From the NCBI GenBank assembly GCA_964647705.1, contig CAZYIW010000003.1, positions 4,380 to 68,379 on the forward strand: 64,000 nucleotides of DNA, in the 5' to 3' direction. The notes beneath the pieces are model-generated. The model was not told the origin of the DNA and ran no database searches. It saw nothing but the letters and a program-made list of their open reading frames with translations. Positions 10,271 through 17,978 of this stretch are shown one piece after another. Numbering within the stretch: position 1 is the first letter of the stretch; each line of letters opens with the position of its first letter. The position numbers were made by a program, and so were the translations under genes. Origin of the DNA: an uncultured Piscirickettsiaceae bacterium (GTDB lineage: Bacteria; Pseudomonadota; Gammaproteobacteria; PS1; Pseudothioglobaceae).

Positions 10271-10296
10271 ATTCTTGTCCTTGATGTAAAATCGTT

Positions 10297-10319
10297 GAAA
10301 ATCATTTTAATCAATTATT
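10297..10319. promoter_or_regulatory. Candidate Fur box in the fur<>bamE divergent region
   Basis: GAAAATCATTTTAATCAATTATT is AT-rich and contains the AATCATT core of the GATAATGATAATCATTATC consensus. Scored by eye only. Confidence 0.35.
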
Positions 10320-10324
10320 AACTA

Positions 10325-11032
10325 ATGAACAAATTAACTTTGATTGTATTCTCATTCTCATTACCATTTTTAACGGCTTGTTCTTCCTCAATGCCTAAAA
10401 TGCCGGATTTTGATTTGCCTGAGATGCCTGATATGTCTGATTTTGTGCCTGATTTATCACTACCTGATCTTTACAAAGCGGATATTTATCAAGGCTCAGT
10501 ATTAGAACGTTTTAAGGTGAATCAACTCAAAGTCGGTATGAATAAAGACCAAGTACAAGATTTAATTGGCTCTCCGAGTGTAATCGACCCCTTTCACAAT
10601 AATCAATGGGATTACATTAACTATTCTAAGACCTTTGGAGAGACGCAAAAAACCATCCACTATCGCTTAAGGTTAACTTTTGATGGCGATAAACTAAGCC
10701 AAATTGATACCTCTGAAATTGACGCATTGCCCGCACTCACCAACGAGGAGAAAAAATTACAAGCCGAGCGTATTGCCAAAGAAAAAGCTGAAGCTGAAAG
10801 GATTGCTAAAGAAAAAGCAGAGGCCGAGCGTCTTGCCAAACAAAAGGCTGAAGCACAAGCCAAGGCTAAGGCCGAAGCTGAGCGTATTGCCAAAGAAAAA
10901 GCTGAAGCTGAAAGGATTGCTAAAGAAAAAGCAGAGGCCGAGCGTCTTGCCAAACAAAAGGCTGAGCAAGAAGCTGAAGCCGAAAGAAAACGTATAGAAG
11001 AAGCCAATAAACCTTGGTATCAATTCTGGTAA
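10325..11032 (+). CDS. bamE: Outer-membrane assembly lipoprotein BamE (SmpA/OmlA) with a repeat-rich C-terminal extension
   Basis: It has a lipobox LTAC-SS and a BamE core (YKADIYQGSVL...LKVGMNKDQVQDLIGSPSVIDPFHNNQWDY). A ~100-aa (AERIAKEKAEA)n tail follows, ending in WYQFW. Confidence 0.85.
   Translation: MNKLTLIVFSFSLPFLTACSSSMPKMPDFDLPEMPDMSDFVPDLSLPDLYKADIYQGSVLERFKVNQLKVGMNKDQVQDLIGSPSVIDPFHNNQWDYINYSKTFGETQKTIHYRLRLTFDGDKLSQIDTSEIDALPALTNEEKKLQAERIAKEKAEAERIAKEKAEAERLAKQKAEAQAKAKAEAERIAKEKAEAERIAKEKAEAERLAKQKAEQEAEAERKRIEEANKPWYQFW
10766..10965. repeat. Perfect 86-bp direct repeat (10766-10851 and 10880-10965) with an internal 33-bp periodicity, inside bamE
   Basis: gagcgtattgccaaagaaaaagctgaagctgaaaggattgctaaagaaaaagcagaggccgagcgtcttgccaaacaaaaggctga is present twice, offset by 114 bp. 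Confidence 0.9.
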
Positions 11033-11038
11033 TAACCA

Positions 11039-11665
11039 GTGGTTATGGCACAATCTTTAGACTCGGTCTCGCTAAAAGTCAATGAAGTAGAGTGTCAGCG
11101 CGGTTACAATCAACTATTTACTGATCTGTCCTTTGAGGCAAAATCTGGTGATATTTTTCGCATCACTGGTACCAATGGTAGTGGAAAAACCTCTTTACTT
11201 AAAATCTTAGCCGGTATTAATTCAGCCGAAGCCGGAACGGTGACAATTGACAATCACCCTGTTGGTTGTGAAAACTATCAACAATCGGTGTTATATTTGG
11301 GTCATCTATCAGCCATCAGCTCAGAATTGACTGCCACTGAAAACTTGCATTTTTTAACCCAACTTAACGCTTCCAAAAACAAATACTCTCTTACTCAAGC
11401 GTTAGTTCAGATTGGACTGGCGGGTTATGAAGATGAATATTGCGCCAAACTCTCAGCCGGACAAAAACGTCGTGTTATCTTAGCGGCTTTATTCTTATCC
11501 AACGCCAAAGTTTGGCTCTTAGATGAACCTTTTACCGCATTGGATCCTTTGGGAGTGGAGATTGTTGAAGGGTGTATTCAACAACATTGTGAAAATGGCG
11601 GAATCTGTTTATTTACCACACACCAAGATTCTTCACTTAAAAACCAAAAAATATTGTCATTATGA
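11039..11665 (+). CDS. ccmA: Cytochrome c biogenesis heme exporter ATP-binding protein CcmA
   Basis: It has Walker A GTNGSGKTSLLK, signature LSAGQKRRV and Walker B WLLDEP, and is collinear with E. coli CcmA. The start is GTG at 11039 or ATG at 11045. Confidence 0.9.
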   Translation: MVMAQSLDSVSLKVNEVECQRGYNQLFTDLSFEAKSGDIFRITGTNGSGKTSLLKILAGINSAEAGTVTIDNHPVGCENYQQSVLYLGHLSAISSELTATENLHFLTQLNASKNKYSLTQALVQIGLAGYEDEYCAKLSAGQKRRVILAALFLSNAKVWLLDEPFTALDPLGVEIVEGCIQQHCENGGICLFTTHQDSSLKNQKILSL

Positions 11666-12327
11666 ATATCTATGTTCAAACATTTAAACGCGATTTGAAA
11701 ATTGCTATTCGTAATCCCTCAAGTGTGATAAACCCTTTGCTGTTTTTTGTGATTTCTGTTTCTCTTTTTCCATTAGCAATCAGCCCAGAAGCCTCTACCT
11801 TGTCTCAAATTGCCTCTGGCATTATTTGGGTCGCCAGTATGCTTTCTGTTTTACTTTCACTCAATACCTTATTTCATTACGACTTTGAAAATGGTGTCTT
11901 AGAACAAATGCTGGTTTCACATTATTCATTGCCTGGGCTTATCCTAGCCAAAACACTGTCGCACTGGATACTAACAGGCATTCCAATTATTCTGCTCTCA
12001 CCTTTATTGGGTACGGTTTTATTTTTAACCCCAGAGGGTATTGAAGTATTAATGCTGACCCTGCTATTGGCCACTCCCAGCCTTAGCTTGATTGGTACGA
12101 TTGGCGCCTCACTCATTGTTGGTATTAAAAACTCAGGTATGTTGCTCTCACTTTTGGTTTTGCCTTTGTATATTCCTATTTTGATCTTTGCATCATCCGC
12201 GGTTTCTCAAGCGCAGTTTGGTATGGATATCGACCAGCCACTGTTGTTTCTTGCCAGTATTTTAATTTTTAGCTTGATGGTTGCACCTTTTGTCAGCAGC
12301 TTGGCACTCAAAATTAGCTTAGAATAA
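11662..12327 (+). CDS. ccmB: Heme exporter permease CcmB
   Basis: 221 aa with 6 TM segments. It shares an ATGA overlap with ccmA and has the typical CcmB N-terminus (F.RDL....R.......LLFF). Confidence 0.88.
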   Translation: MNIYVQTFKRDLKIAIRNPSSVINPLLFFVISVSLFPLAISPEASTLSQIASGIIWVASMLSVLLSLNTLFHYDFENGVLEQMLVSHYSLPGLILAKTLSHWILTGIPIILLSPLLGTVLFLTPEGIEVLMLTLLLATPSLSLIGTIGASLIVGIKNSGMLLSLLVLPLYIPILIFASSAVSQAQFGMDIDQPLLFLASILIFSLMVAPFVSSLALKISLE

Positions 12328-12349
12328 ACCACAAAATAAGAAAAAGCAC

Positions 12350-12377
12350 TTGATTAGACAGAAATAATATTTATAAT
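12350..12377 (+). promoter_or_regulatory. Candidate sigma70 promoter of metK (TTGATT-16 nt-TATAAT)
   Basis: The -35 ttgatt is at 12350-12355 and the -10 tataat at 12372-12377. It is the only good match upstream of the structured leader. Confidence 0.5.
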
Positions 12378-12388
12378 TGTTGGAAATA

Positions 12389-12455
12389 CACGCTGATTTG
12401 CCCCGATTGCTAGCGTTACTGCCAAGTGAGCAGTTAAAACAAGCTAAAGCTGGAG
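12389..12455 (+). promoter_or_regulatory. Candidate SAM-binding riboswitch aptamer (SAM-II/SAM-V-like) in the metK leader
   Basis: The ordered blocks are GCUGAUUUG (12392-12400), GAUUGCUAGC (12405-12414), the hairpin ACUGC-CAAGUGA-GCAGU (12418-12434) and AAGCUAAAGCUGG (12441-12453). As I recall it, the SAM-II/V core is GAUUU...UUGC...AAAGCU. Not verified by a covariance model. Confidence 0.45.
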
Positions 12456-12472
12456 TTTCTTCTAAATATAAA

Positions 12473-12497
12473 GAAAACCCGCTTTAAGGGTTTTTTT
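12473..12497 (+). terminator. Intrinsic terminator in the metK leader (expression platform)
   Basis: GAAAACCC-gctttaa-GGGTTTTTTT lies 19 nt before the metK SD/ATG. Its 5' arm can alternatively pair with GGAGUUUCUU (12452-12461). Confidence 0.55.
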
Positions 12498-12515
12498 AAT
12501 TTTAGGAGAACAAAA

Positions 12516-13649
12516 ATGATTTTTACCTCTGAATCTGTTTCTGCTGGTCACCCAGATAAAGTTTGTGACCAAATCTCTGACGCCATCCTTGATGCCGCAC
12601 TCAAAGAAGATATCAACTCACGCGTAGCTGTTGAGACACTGGTAAAAGACAACCATGTTGTATTGGCTGGTGAGATTACCACGGGCGCTCAAATTGATTA
12701 TGAAAAAATCGTTCGCAAAACCATTAACGACATCGGATACAACAAAGAAGAATATGGTTTTAATGGCAACAGTTGCGATATCACCAACCTATTGGGTGAA
12801 CAATCACAAGATATCAAAATTGGTGTGGATGAATTTGAAGGACACGAGCAAGGTGCAGGCGACCAAGGTTTAATGTTTGGGTATGCTTGTAATGCCACCG
12901 ATGTTTTGATGCCAGCACCCATTCTTTATGCACATCGTTTGGTAAAGAAACAAGCCGAACTAATGAAATCAGGAAAATTACCATGGTTGCGTCCTGATGC
13001 GAAATCACAAGTGTCTTGTCATTATGATGGACACAAAATTGTGGGCATTGATGCGGTGGTTCTTTCCACTCAACACGATGAAGATATCTCACAAGCCGAT
13101 TTAAAAGAAGCAGTGATGGAAGAGATTGTCAAACCAGTGTTGCCTAGCGATTGGTTAAATAACAACACCAAATACCATATTAATCCAACGGGTCATTTTG
13201 TGATTGGCGGACCTGTAGGGGATGCGGGACTGACTGGACGTAAAATTATCGTCGATACTTATGGCGGTATGGGTCGCCATGGTGGTGGTGCATTTTCTGG
13301 TAAGGACCCATCTAAGGTTGACCGATCGGCGGCTTATGCAGCACGTTATGTAGCCAAAAATATTGTGGCTGCAGGCCTTGCTGATAAATGTGAGATTCAA
13401 GTCTCTTATGCGATTGGCGTTGCTGAGCCTACCTCAATCAATGTCAACACCTTTGATACTGGAAACATTTCTAATGAAAAAATTGAAAAATTAGTAGCTG
13501 AGCATTTTGATTTAAGACCCAAAGGTTTAATTACAATGTTAAATCTAAAACGCCCAATTTATCAACAAACAGCCAGTTATGGTCATTTTGGCCGTACCGA
13601 AGACGACATCACTTGGGAAAAGACCGATCGTGCTGATCGCTTAAAATAA
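12516..13649 (+). CDS. metK: S-adenosylmethionine synthase
   Basis: It has [31 protein letters not shown] and [19 protein letters not shown]. Confidence 0.98.
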   Translation: MIFTSESVSAGHPDKVCDQISDAILDAALKEDINSRVAVETLVKDNHVVLAGEITTGAQIDYEKIVRKTINDIGYNKEEYGFNGNSCDITNLLGEQSQDIKIGVDEFEGHEQGAGDQGLMFGYACNATDVLMPAPILYAHRLVKKQAELMKSGKLPWLRPDAKSQVSCHYDGHKIVGIDAVVLSTQHDEDISQADLKEAVMEEIVKPVLPSDWLNNNTKYHINPTGHFVIGGPVGDAGLTGRKIIVDTYGGMGRHGGGAFSGKDPSKVDRSAAYAARYVAKNIVAAGLADKCEIQVSYAIGVAEPTSINVNTFDTGNISNEKIEKLVAEHFDLRPKGLITMLNLKRPIYQQTASYGHFGRTEDDITWEKTDRADRLK

Positions 13650-13659
13650 TTGGTATAAT
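13650..13659 (+). promoter_or_regulatory. Extended -10 promoter (TTGGTATAAT) for the ahcY leader
   Basis: A TGnTATAAT element lies immediately 5' of the SAH riboswitch. The same 10-mer recurs at 29789 and 42039. Confidence 0.55.
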
Positions 13660-13664
13660 AACAA

Positions 13665-13728
13665 TCTGCCAAGGAGCGTTGCACTGGGTGAATTCCCATC
13701 AGGCTTGGCAATCAAAACGACGCTCATT
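13665..13728 (+). promoter_or_regulatory. SAH (S-adenosylhomocysteine) riboswitch
   Basis: CUGCCAAGGAGCGUUGCACUGGG...CCCAUCAGGCUUGGCAAUCAAAACGACGCUCA reproduces the SAH-element blocks (..GAGGAGCGcUGC.., ..CAGGCUcGG.., ..AACGgCGCUCA). Complementary arms are GCCAAG/CUUGGC, UGGG/CCCA and GAGCG/CGCUC. It lies directly upstream of ahcY, its canonical target. Confidence 0.85.
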
Positions 13729-13752
13729 TTTATTGTTTTTTAGGAGATAAAA

Positions 13753-15138
13753 ATGAGTAATCCAACCATTGATAACAATGACTATAAAGTGGCTGATATT
13801 GGCTTAGCCGATTTTGGCCGAAAAGAAATCGAGCTGGCTGAAAAAGAAATGCCGGCTTTGATGGCGCTTCGCGAAAAGTATAAAGACACACAACCTTTGG
13901 CAGGTGCCAAAATCTTAGGCTGTATCCACATGACCATTCAAACTGCTGTACTGATGGAAACTTTGGTAGATTTGGGTGCCAAGGTGCGTTGGTCAAGTTG
14001 CAATATTTTTTCAACACAGGATCATGCAGCAGCAGCCATGGTGGCAGCCGATATCCCAACTTTTGCTTGGAAAGGCGAAACTGAAGAAGAATTTTTATGG
14101 TGTATTGAACAAACCATTCTCTCGAATAACGAACCTTGGGATGCCAATATGGTGCTTGATGATGGTGGCGATTTAACGCAAATGCTACATGAAAAATATC
14201 CCCAGATGCTTAACAACATCCATGGCATTAGTGAAGAAACCACCACTGGAGTTCATCGCCTATTAGAAATGCTGGAGCAAGGTAGCCTAAAGGTACCGGC
14301 AATTAATGTCAATGATTCAATCACCAAAAGTAAAAATGACAATAAATACGGCTGTCGCCACTCACTAAACGATGCGATTAAGCGCGGCACAGATATGTTG
14401 ATGTCAGGCAAAAAAGCTTTGGTAATTGGCTATGGTGATGTGGGCAAAGGTTCGGCACAATCTTTGCGTCAAGAAGGCATGATTGTTAAAGTCAGCGAGA
14501 TTGACCCCATTTGCGCTATGCAAGCTTGTATGGATGGCTTTGAAGTGGTTTCACCCTACAACAATGGCATCAACACTGGTGAGATCGAGGGTGTTAACCA
14601 AGATTTATTGACCAATACCGATTTGGTAGTGACGACAACAGGCAATATCAATGTTTGTGATGCGCCGATGTTACAAACCTTAAAAGCTGGCGCTGTGGTT
14701 TGTAATATTGGTCACTTTGATAATGAAATTGACACCGGCTTTATGCGTGATAATTGGCGCTGGGAAGAGGTTAAACCACAAGTACATCGAGTTTTTCGAG
14801 ACGACAGTAAAGACAATTATTTAATCCTACTTTCTGAGGGACGCTTAGTCAATCTAGGCAATGCCACAGGACACCCTTCTCGAATTATGGATGGTTCTTT
14901 TGCCAATCAAGTTTTGGCACAAATGTATTTATACGATCAAAAATTTGCCGATTTGCCAGAAGGTGCCAAGTTGGACAATATCTTTGTAAAAGTGCTACCG
15001 AAAAAGCTAGATGAAGAAGTCGCTGCTGGTATGGTTGGTGGCTTTGGTGGTGTGATCACTCAAATGACCGATGCACAAGCCAAGTATATTAACACGCCTA
15101 AATCTGGCCCATTCAAGACAGAGTCTTATAAATATTAG
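13753..15138 (+). CDS. ahcY: Adenosylhomocysteinase
   Basis: It has YKVADI.LA.FGRKEI..AE.EMP, the NAD motif [10 protein letters not shown] and the GHFD.EID block, plus the long-form insertion typical of bacterial AhcY. Confidence 0.98.
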   Translation: MSNPTIDNNDYKVADIGLADFGRKEIELAEKEMPALMALREKYKDTQPLAGAKILGCIHMTIQTAVLMETLVDLGAKVRWSSCNIFSTQDHAAAAMVAADIPTFAWKGETEEEFLWCIEQTILSNNEPWDANMVLDDGGDLTQMLHEKYPQMLNNIHGISEETTTGVHRLLEMLEQGSLKVPAINVNDSITKSKNDNKYGCRHSLNDAIKRGTDMLMSGKKALVIGYGDVGKGSAQSLRQEGMIVKVSEIDPICAMQACMDGFEVVSPYNNGINTGEIEGVNQDLLTNTDLVVTTTGNINVCDAPMLQTLKAGAVVCNIGHFDNEIDTGFMRDNWRWEEVKPQVHRVFRDDSKDNYLILLSEGRLVNLGNATGHPSRIMDGSFANQVLAQMYLYDQKFADLPEGAKLDNIFVKVLPKKLDEEVAAGMVGGFGGVITQMTDAQAKYINTPKSGPFKTESYKY

Positions 15139-15287
15139 TATTGATAAAAAATTCAAAATTTTAAAATCCAGCACCAAAATCGTTGGATTTTTACTATTTT
15201 TTTTCTGAAAAAAGCCTTTATTAAGGCAAAAATTGAGAAAATGGTTTGTTTTCAACACCCATTTTTAAAAAAATTAATATTTTTATC

Positions 15288-16268
15288 ATGAATCCTATTT
15301 TTCAAGATTTAAAAACCTTTAAAGAGTCTTATATCCAAGGCTTGGAATCAATGTTGGATGCGCAAGATTTGGGTGCTTTTATTTTGGTTTTGGCCAATGC
15401 AAAAATCAGCGCCCCCATTTGGCTTAGACTCGAATCCAAACTGCTTTTAAAGTTTGAACAATTAAAGTCGAACAACTCTCATGGATCAGACGACGATGAG
15501 TTGGTTTTTGACAAATTAAAAGACATCGATATAACGACTTTGGCGTTAACCGAGTATCGTCAATCGGGCTTTTTTGAAATTCAATACAATCCCCTAAGAG
15601 CGCTTCGCCCCAAGCGTTTGAGCCAGTCAAAAACCAAAGGCATGTACAAAGATTTTGACAATAGTGACTTTCACTTTAATAAAGATTTTTTAAAAAATGA
15701 GGTTTTTTGGCAAGGGCAGTTTTTTTCTAAGGAAGTGACCCTGTTTTACAATAAGTTTCCTTTTGCCGACTGGCATGGGTTGGTGGTGGTTGAACCAACA
15801 AAAAAACACCCTCAATTAATGACTCAAGATCTGCATCATTTTGCTTGGATGATGGCCAATAGTGTGGGCATTCATATCAATGGATGGACTTTGGCCTATA
15901 ACGCTTATGGGGCTTATGCATCGGTGAATCATTTTCATCTGCAATGTTTTATTCGTGAAAAACCATTGCCTATTGAAACACAGGAAAAATACCCATTAGC
16001 ACACCAGAGTTTCTCTAGTGTCAGCGATGCTTGGATGCTAATCGAATCATTGCACAAACAAGAGCAACCCTATCATGTTATCTATAAAAAGGATACAATC
16101 TTGGTGATAATTAGAAAACGCCAAGGAGAATACCAGCATGCGCCATGGTCAGCAGGCTATGCCTGGTATGAAGCCTGCGGTGGTGTGTGCATTGATGATT
16201 TATCTGTGTTCAAACAGCTTGACTCAGTGGTATTGAACGAAGAAATTAATAAATTAACCTTAAAATAA
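15288..16268 (+). CDS. HIT-superfamily, GalT/Apa2/GDP-hexose-phosphorylase-branch nucleotidyltransferase-like protein (HxHxQ motif)
   Basis: The motif ...GAYASVNHFHLQCF... (H-x-H-x-Q) lies about 95 residues before the C-terminus of a ~326-aa protein, preceded by NKFPFADWHGLVVV. The ORF opens at 15246. I prefer the ATG at 15288 (MNPIFQDL). Confidence 0.5.
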   Translation: MNPIFQDLKTFKESYIQGLESMLDAQDLGAFILVLANAKISAPIWLRLESKLLLKFEQLKSNNSHGSDDDELVFDKLKDIDITTLALTEYRQSGFFEIQYNPLRALRPKRLSQSKTKGMYKDFDNSDFHFNKDFLKNEVFWQGQFFSKEVTLFYNKFPFADWHGLVVVEPTKKHPQLMTQDLHHFAWMMANSVGIHINGWTLAYNAYGAYASVNHFHLQCFIREKPLPIETQEKYPLAHQSFSSVSDAWMLIESLHKQEQPYHVIYKKDTILVIIRKRQGEYQHAPWSAGYAWYEACGGVCIDDLSVFKQLDSVVLNEEINKLTLK

Positions 16269-16377
16269 AACCGTCTATTAATCAACCTTAATATAAAACT
16301 GTCTATTGATTACAGCTCAGTAGTTAAATAACCTATCTGGGAAGTATTTATCTCCATATACTGTGCTTTCTAGTCTT

Positions 16378-16413
16378 GGGGTTTGTTTATTCTTCTCAAT
16401 GCAAACAAGCCCC
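16378..16413 (+). terminator. Hairpin downstream of the HIT-like gene (possible weak terminator)
   Basis: GGGGTTTGTTT-14 nt loop-AAACAAGCCCC forms an 11 bp stem with one G.U pair. It is followed only by a weak T tract (ctatttc). Confidence 0.3.
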
Positions 16414-16503
16414 TATTTCAAACCAATTCGACACTGTCTCAATTAAACGCTTAGAGCCAGATTGATGCGGTAAAATTTTTTGTTATTTTGACACCAATTT
16501 GTC

Positions 16504-17403
16504 ATGTCTATATCTGAGCTAGATGCCAGTGCATCTTTTCAAAATTTAATTTTAAAACTACAATCATTTTGGGCAAAAAAAGGCTGTGCACTGCTTCAAC
16601 CTTTTGATATGGAAATGGGTGCAGGTACGTTCCATCCAGCCACGTTTCTACGTGCCATTGGTCCAGAACCTTGGAATAGTGCCTATGTCCAACCCTCACG
16701 TAGACCTACTGATGGACGCTATGGTGAAAACCCAAATCGTTTACAACACTATTACCAATTCCAAGTTTTACTCAAACCCTCGCCAAAAGATATTCAAGAT
16801 TTGTATTTGGAATCTCTCACTCACATTGGTCTTGACTTTAATGTGCATGATGTGCGCTTTGTTGAAGATAATTGGGAATCACCCACCCTTGGCGCATGGG
16901 GGCTTGGCTGGGAAGTCTGGCTCAATGGCATGGAAGTTTCACAATTTACCTACTTTCAACAAGTGGGGGGTCTCTCATGTAAGCCTGTTTCAGGTGAGTT
17001 AACCTATGGCCTAGAGAGGTTGGCCATGTATCTGCAAGGCGTAGACTCCGTGTTTGATTTGGTTTGGGTAGATGGTGTGAGTTATGGTGATGTATTTCAT
17101 CAAAATGAAGTTGAACAATCCAAATATAATTTCGAAATTGCTGATACCGAGGTACTGTTTAGACAATTTGATGAGGCTGAAGCCATGAATGCCCAATTAA
17201 TCGAACATTCTCTGCCCTTTCCAGCCTACGAACAAGTAATGAAAGCCTCTCACTTATTTAATTTGCTTGACGCCCGACATGCGATTAGTGTTACTGACAG
17301 GGCTCGATTTATTCGCCGTGTTCGTGCCATGAGTCAAAAAGTGGCACAAACCTATTACGATTCTCGTGAAGCGTTAGGTTTTCCAATGCTGGTAAAAAAA
17401 TAG
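16504..17403 (+). CDS. glyQ: Glycine--tRNA ligase alpha subunit
   Basis: [40 protein letters not shown]...[28 protein letters not shown] is highly conserved GlyQ sequence. Confidence 0.98.
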   Translation: MSISELDASASFQNLILKLQSFWAKKGCALLQPFDMEMGAGTFHPATFLRAIGPEPWNSAYVQPSRRPTDGRYGENPNRLQHYYQFQVLLKPSPKDIQDLYLESLTHIGLDFNVHDVRFVEDNWESPTLGAWGLGWEVWLNGMEVSQFTYFQQVGGLSCKPVSGELTYGLERLAMYLQGVDSVFDLVWVDGVSYGDVFHQNEVEQSKYNFEIADTEVLFRQFDEAEAMNAQLIEHSLPFPAYEQVMKASHLFNLLDARHAISVTDRARFIRRVRAMSQKVAQTYYDSREALGFPMLVKK

Positions 17404-17408
17404 TCTGA

Positions 17409-17978
17409 ATGCCAATATTTTCTAAACTTTATAATCAAGCACTCGATTGGGCAAAAAGCCGCTATGCAATTTATTGGCTCTCAGGGGTAAGTTTTTTAGA
17501 ATCCTCAATTCTGCCTTATCCACCTCCCGATGTGATTTTGGCACCAATGTCACTCAAACAACCTAAGCGCGCTTTTTGGTTCGCCTGGGTTTGTACTATT
17601 ACGTCAGTTCTTGGCGGACTTGCTGGATATTTTCTGGGTGAAGTTCTACTTAATTTTCTTGTTAATTATCACCTGTTTGAAATTGGCATCATTGATGAGG
17701 CAAAGCTTCAGTTTGAAAAATACGGCATTTGGTTTGTTGGTTTGGCTGCTTTTAGCCCCATTCCATATAAACTTGCTACAATTACCGCTGGTATGATGCA
17801 CATGGCGCTTTTGCCGTTTATTGTGATCTCTCTTATCGCCCGCGGTGCACGTTATTTTCTGGTGGCCTATATTGTTAAAAAATACGGGCAACAATGTGAT
17901 GCTTGGTTGAAAAAATACATTGATCGTTTGGGTTATTACTTGATAATTTTGGTCGTAGTGGTTTTATTGTATGTTTAA
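17409..17978 (+). CDS. YqaA/DedA-type (SNARE-associated domain) inner-membrane protein
   Basis: 189 aa and polytopic, with the pattern ...FLES.ILPYPPPDVIL.PM... and a C-terminal ARGARYFLVAY as in YqaA-family proteins. Confidence 0.6.
   Translation: MPIFSKLYNQALDWAKSRYAIYWLSGVSFLESSILPYPPPDVILAPMSLKQPKRAFWFAWVCTITSVLGGLAGYFLGEVLLNFLVNYHLFEIGIIDEAKLQFEKYGIWFVGLAAFSPIPYKLATITAGMMHMALLPFIVISLIARGARYFLVAYIVKKYGQQCDAWLKKYIDRLGYYLIILVVVVLLYV

Noticed and set aside
10660-11053. Three overlapping 97-115-aa ORFs in other frames and on the other strand of the bamE tail.
   Set aside because: They are open only because the 33-bp periodic GAA/GCT/AAA repeat lacks stops in several frames. The BamE frame is continuous with a recognisable lipoprotein core.
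16586-17002. 138-aa alternative-frame ORF within glyQ.
   Set aside because: glyQ in its own frame is nearly identical to known GlyQ proteins. The alternative frame has no motif and is most likely chance.
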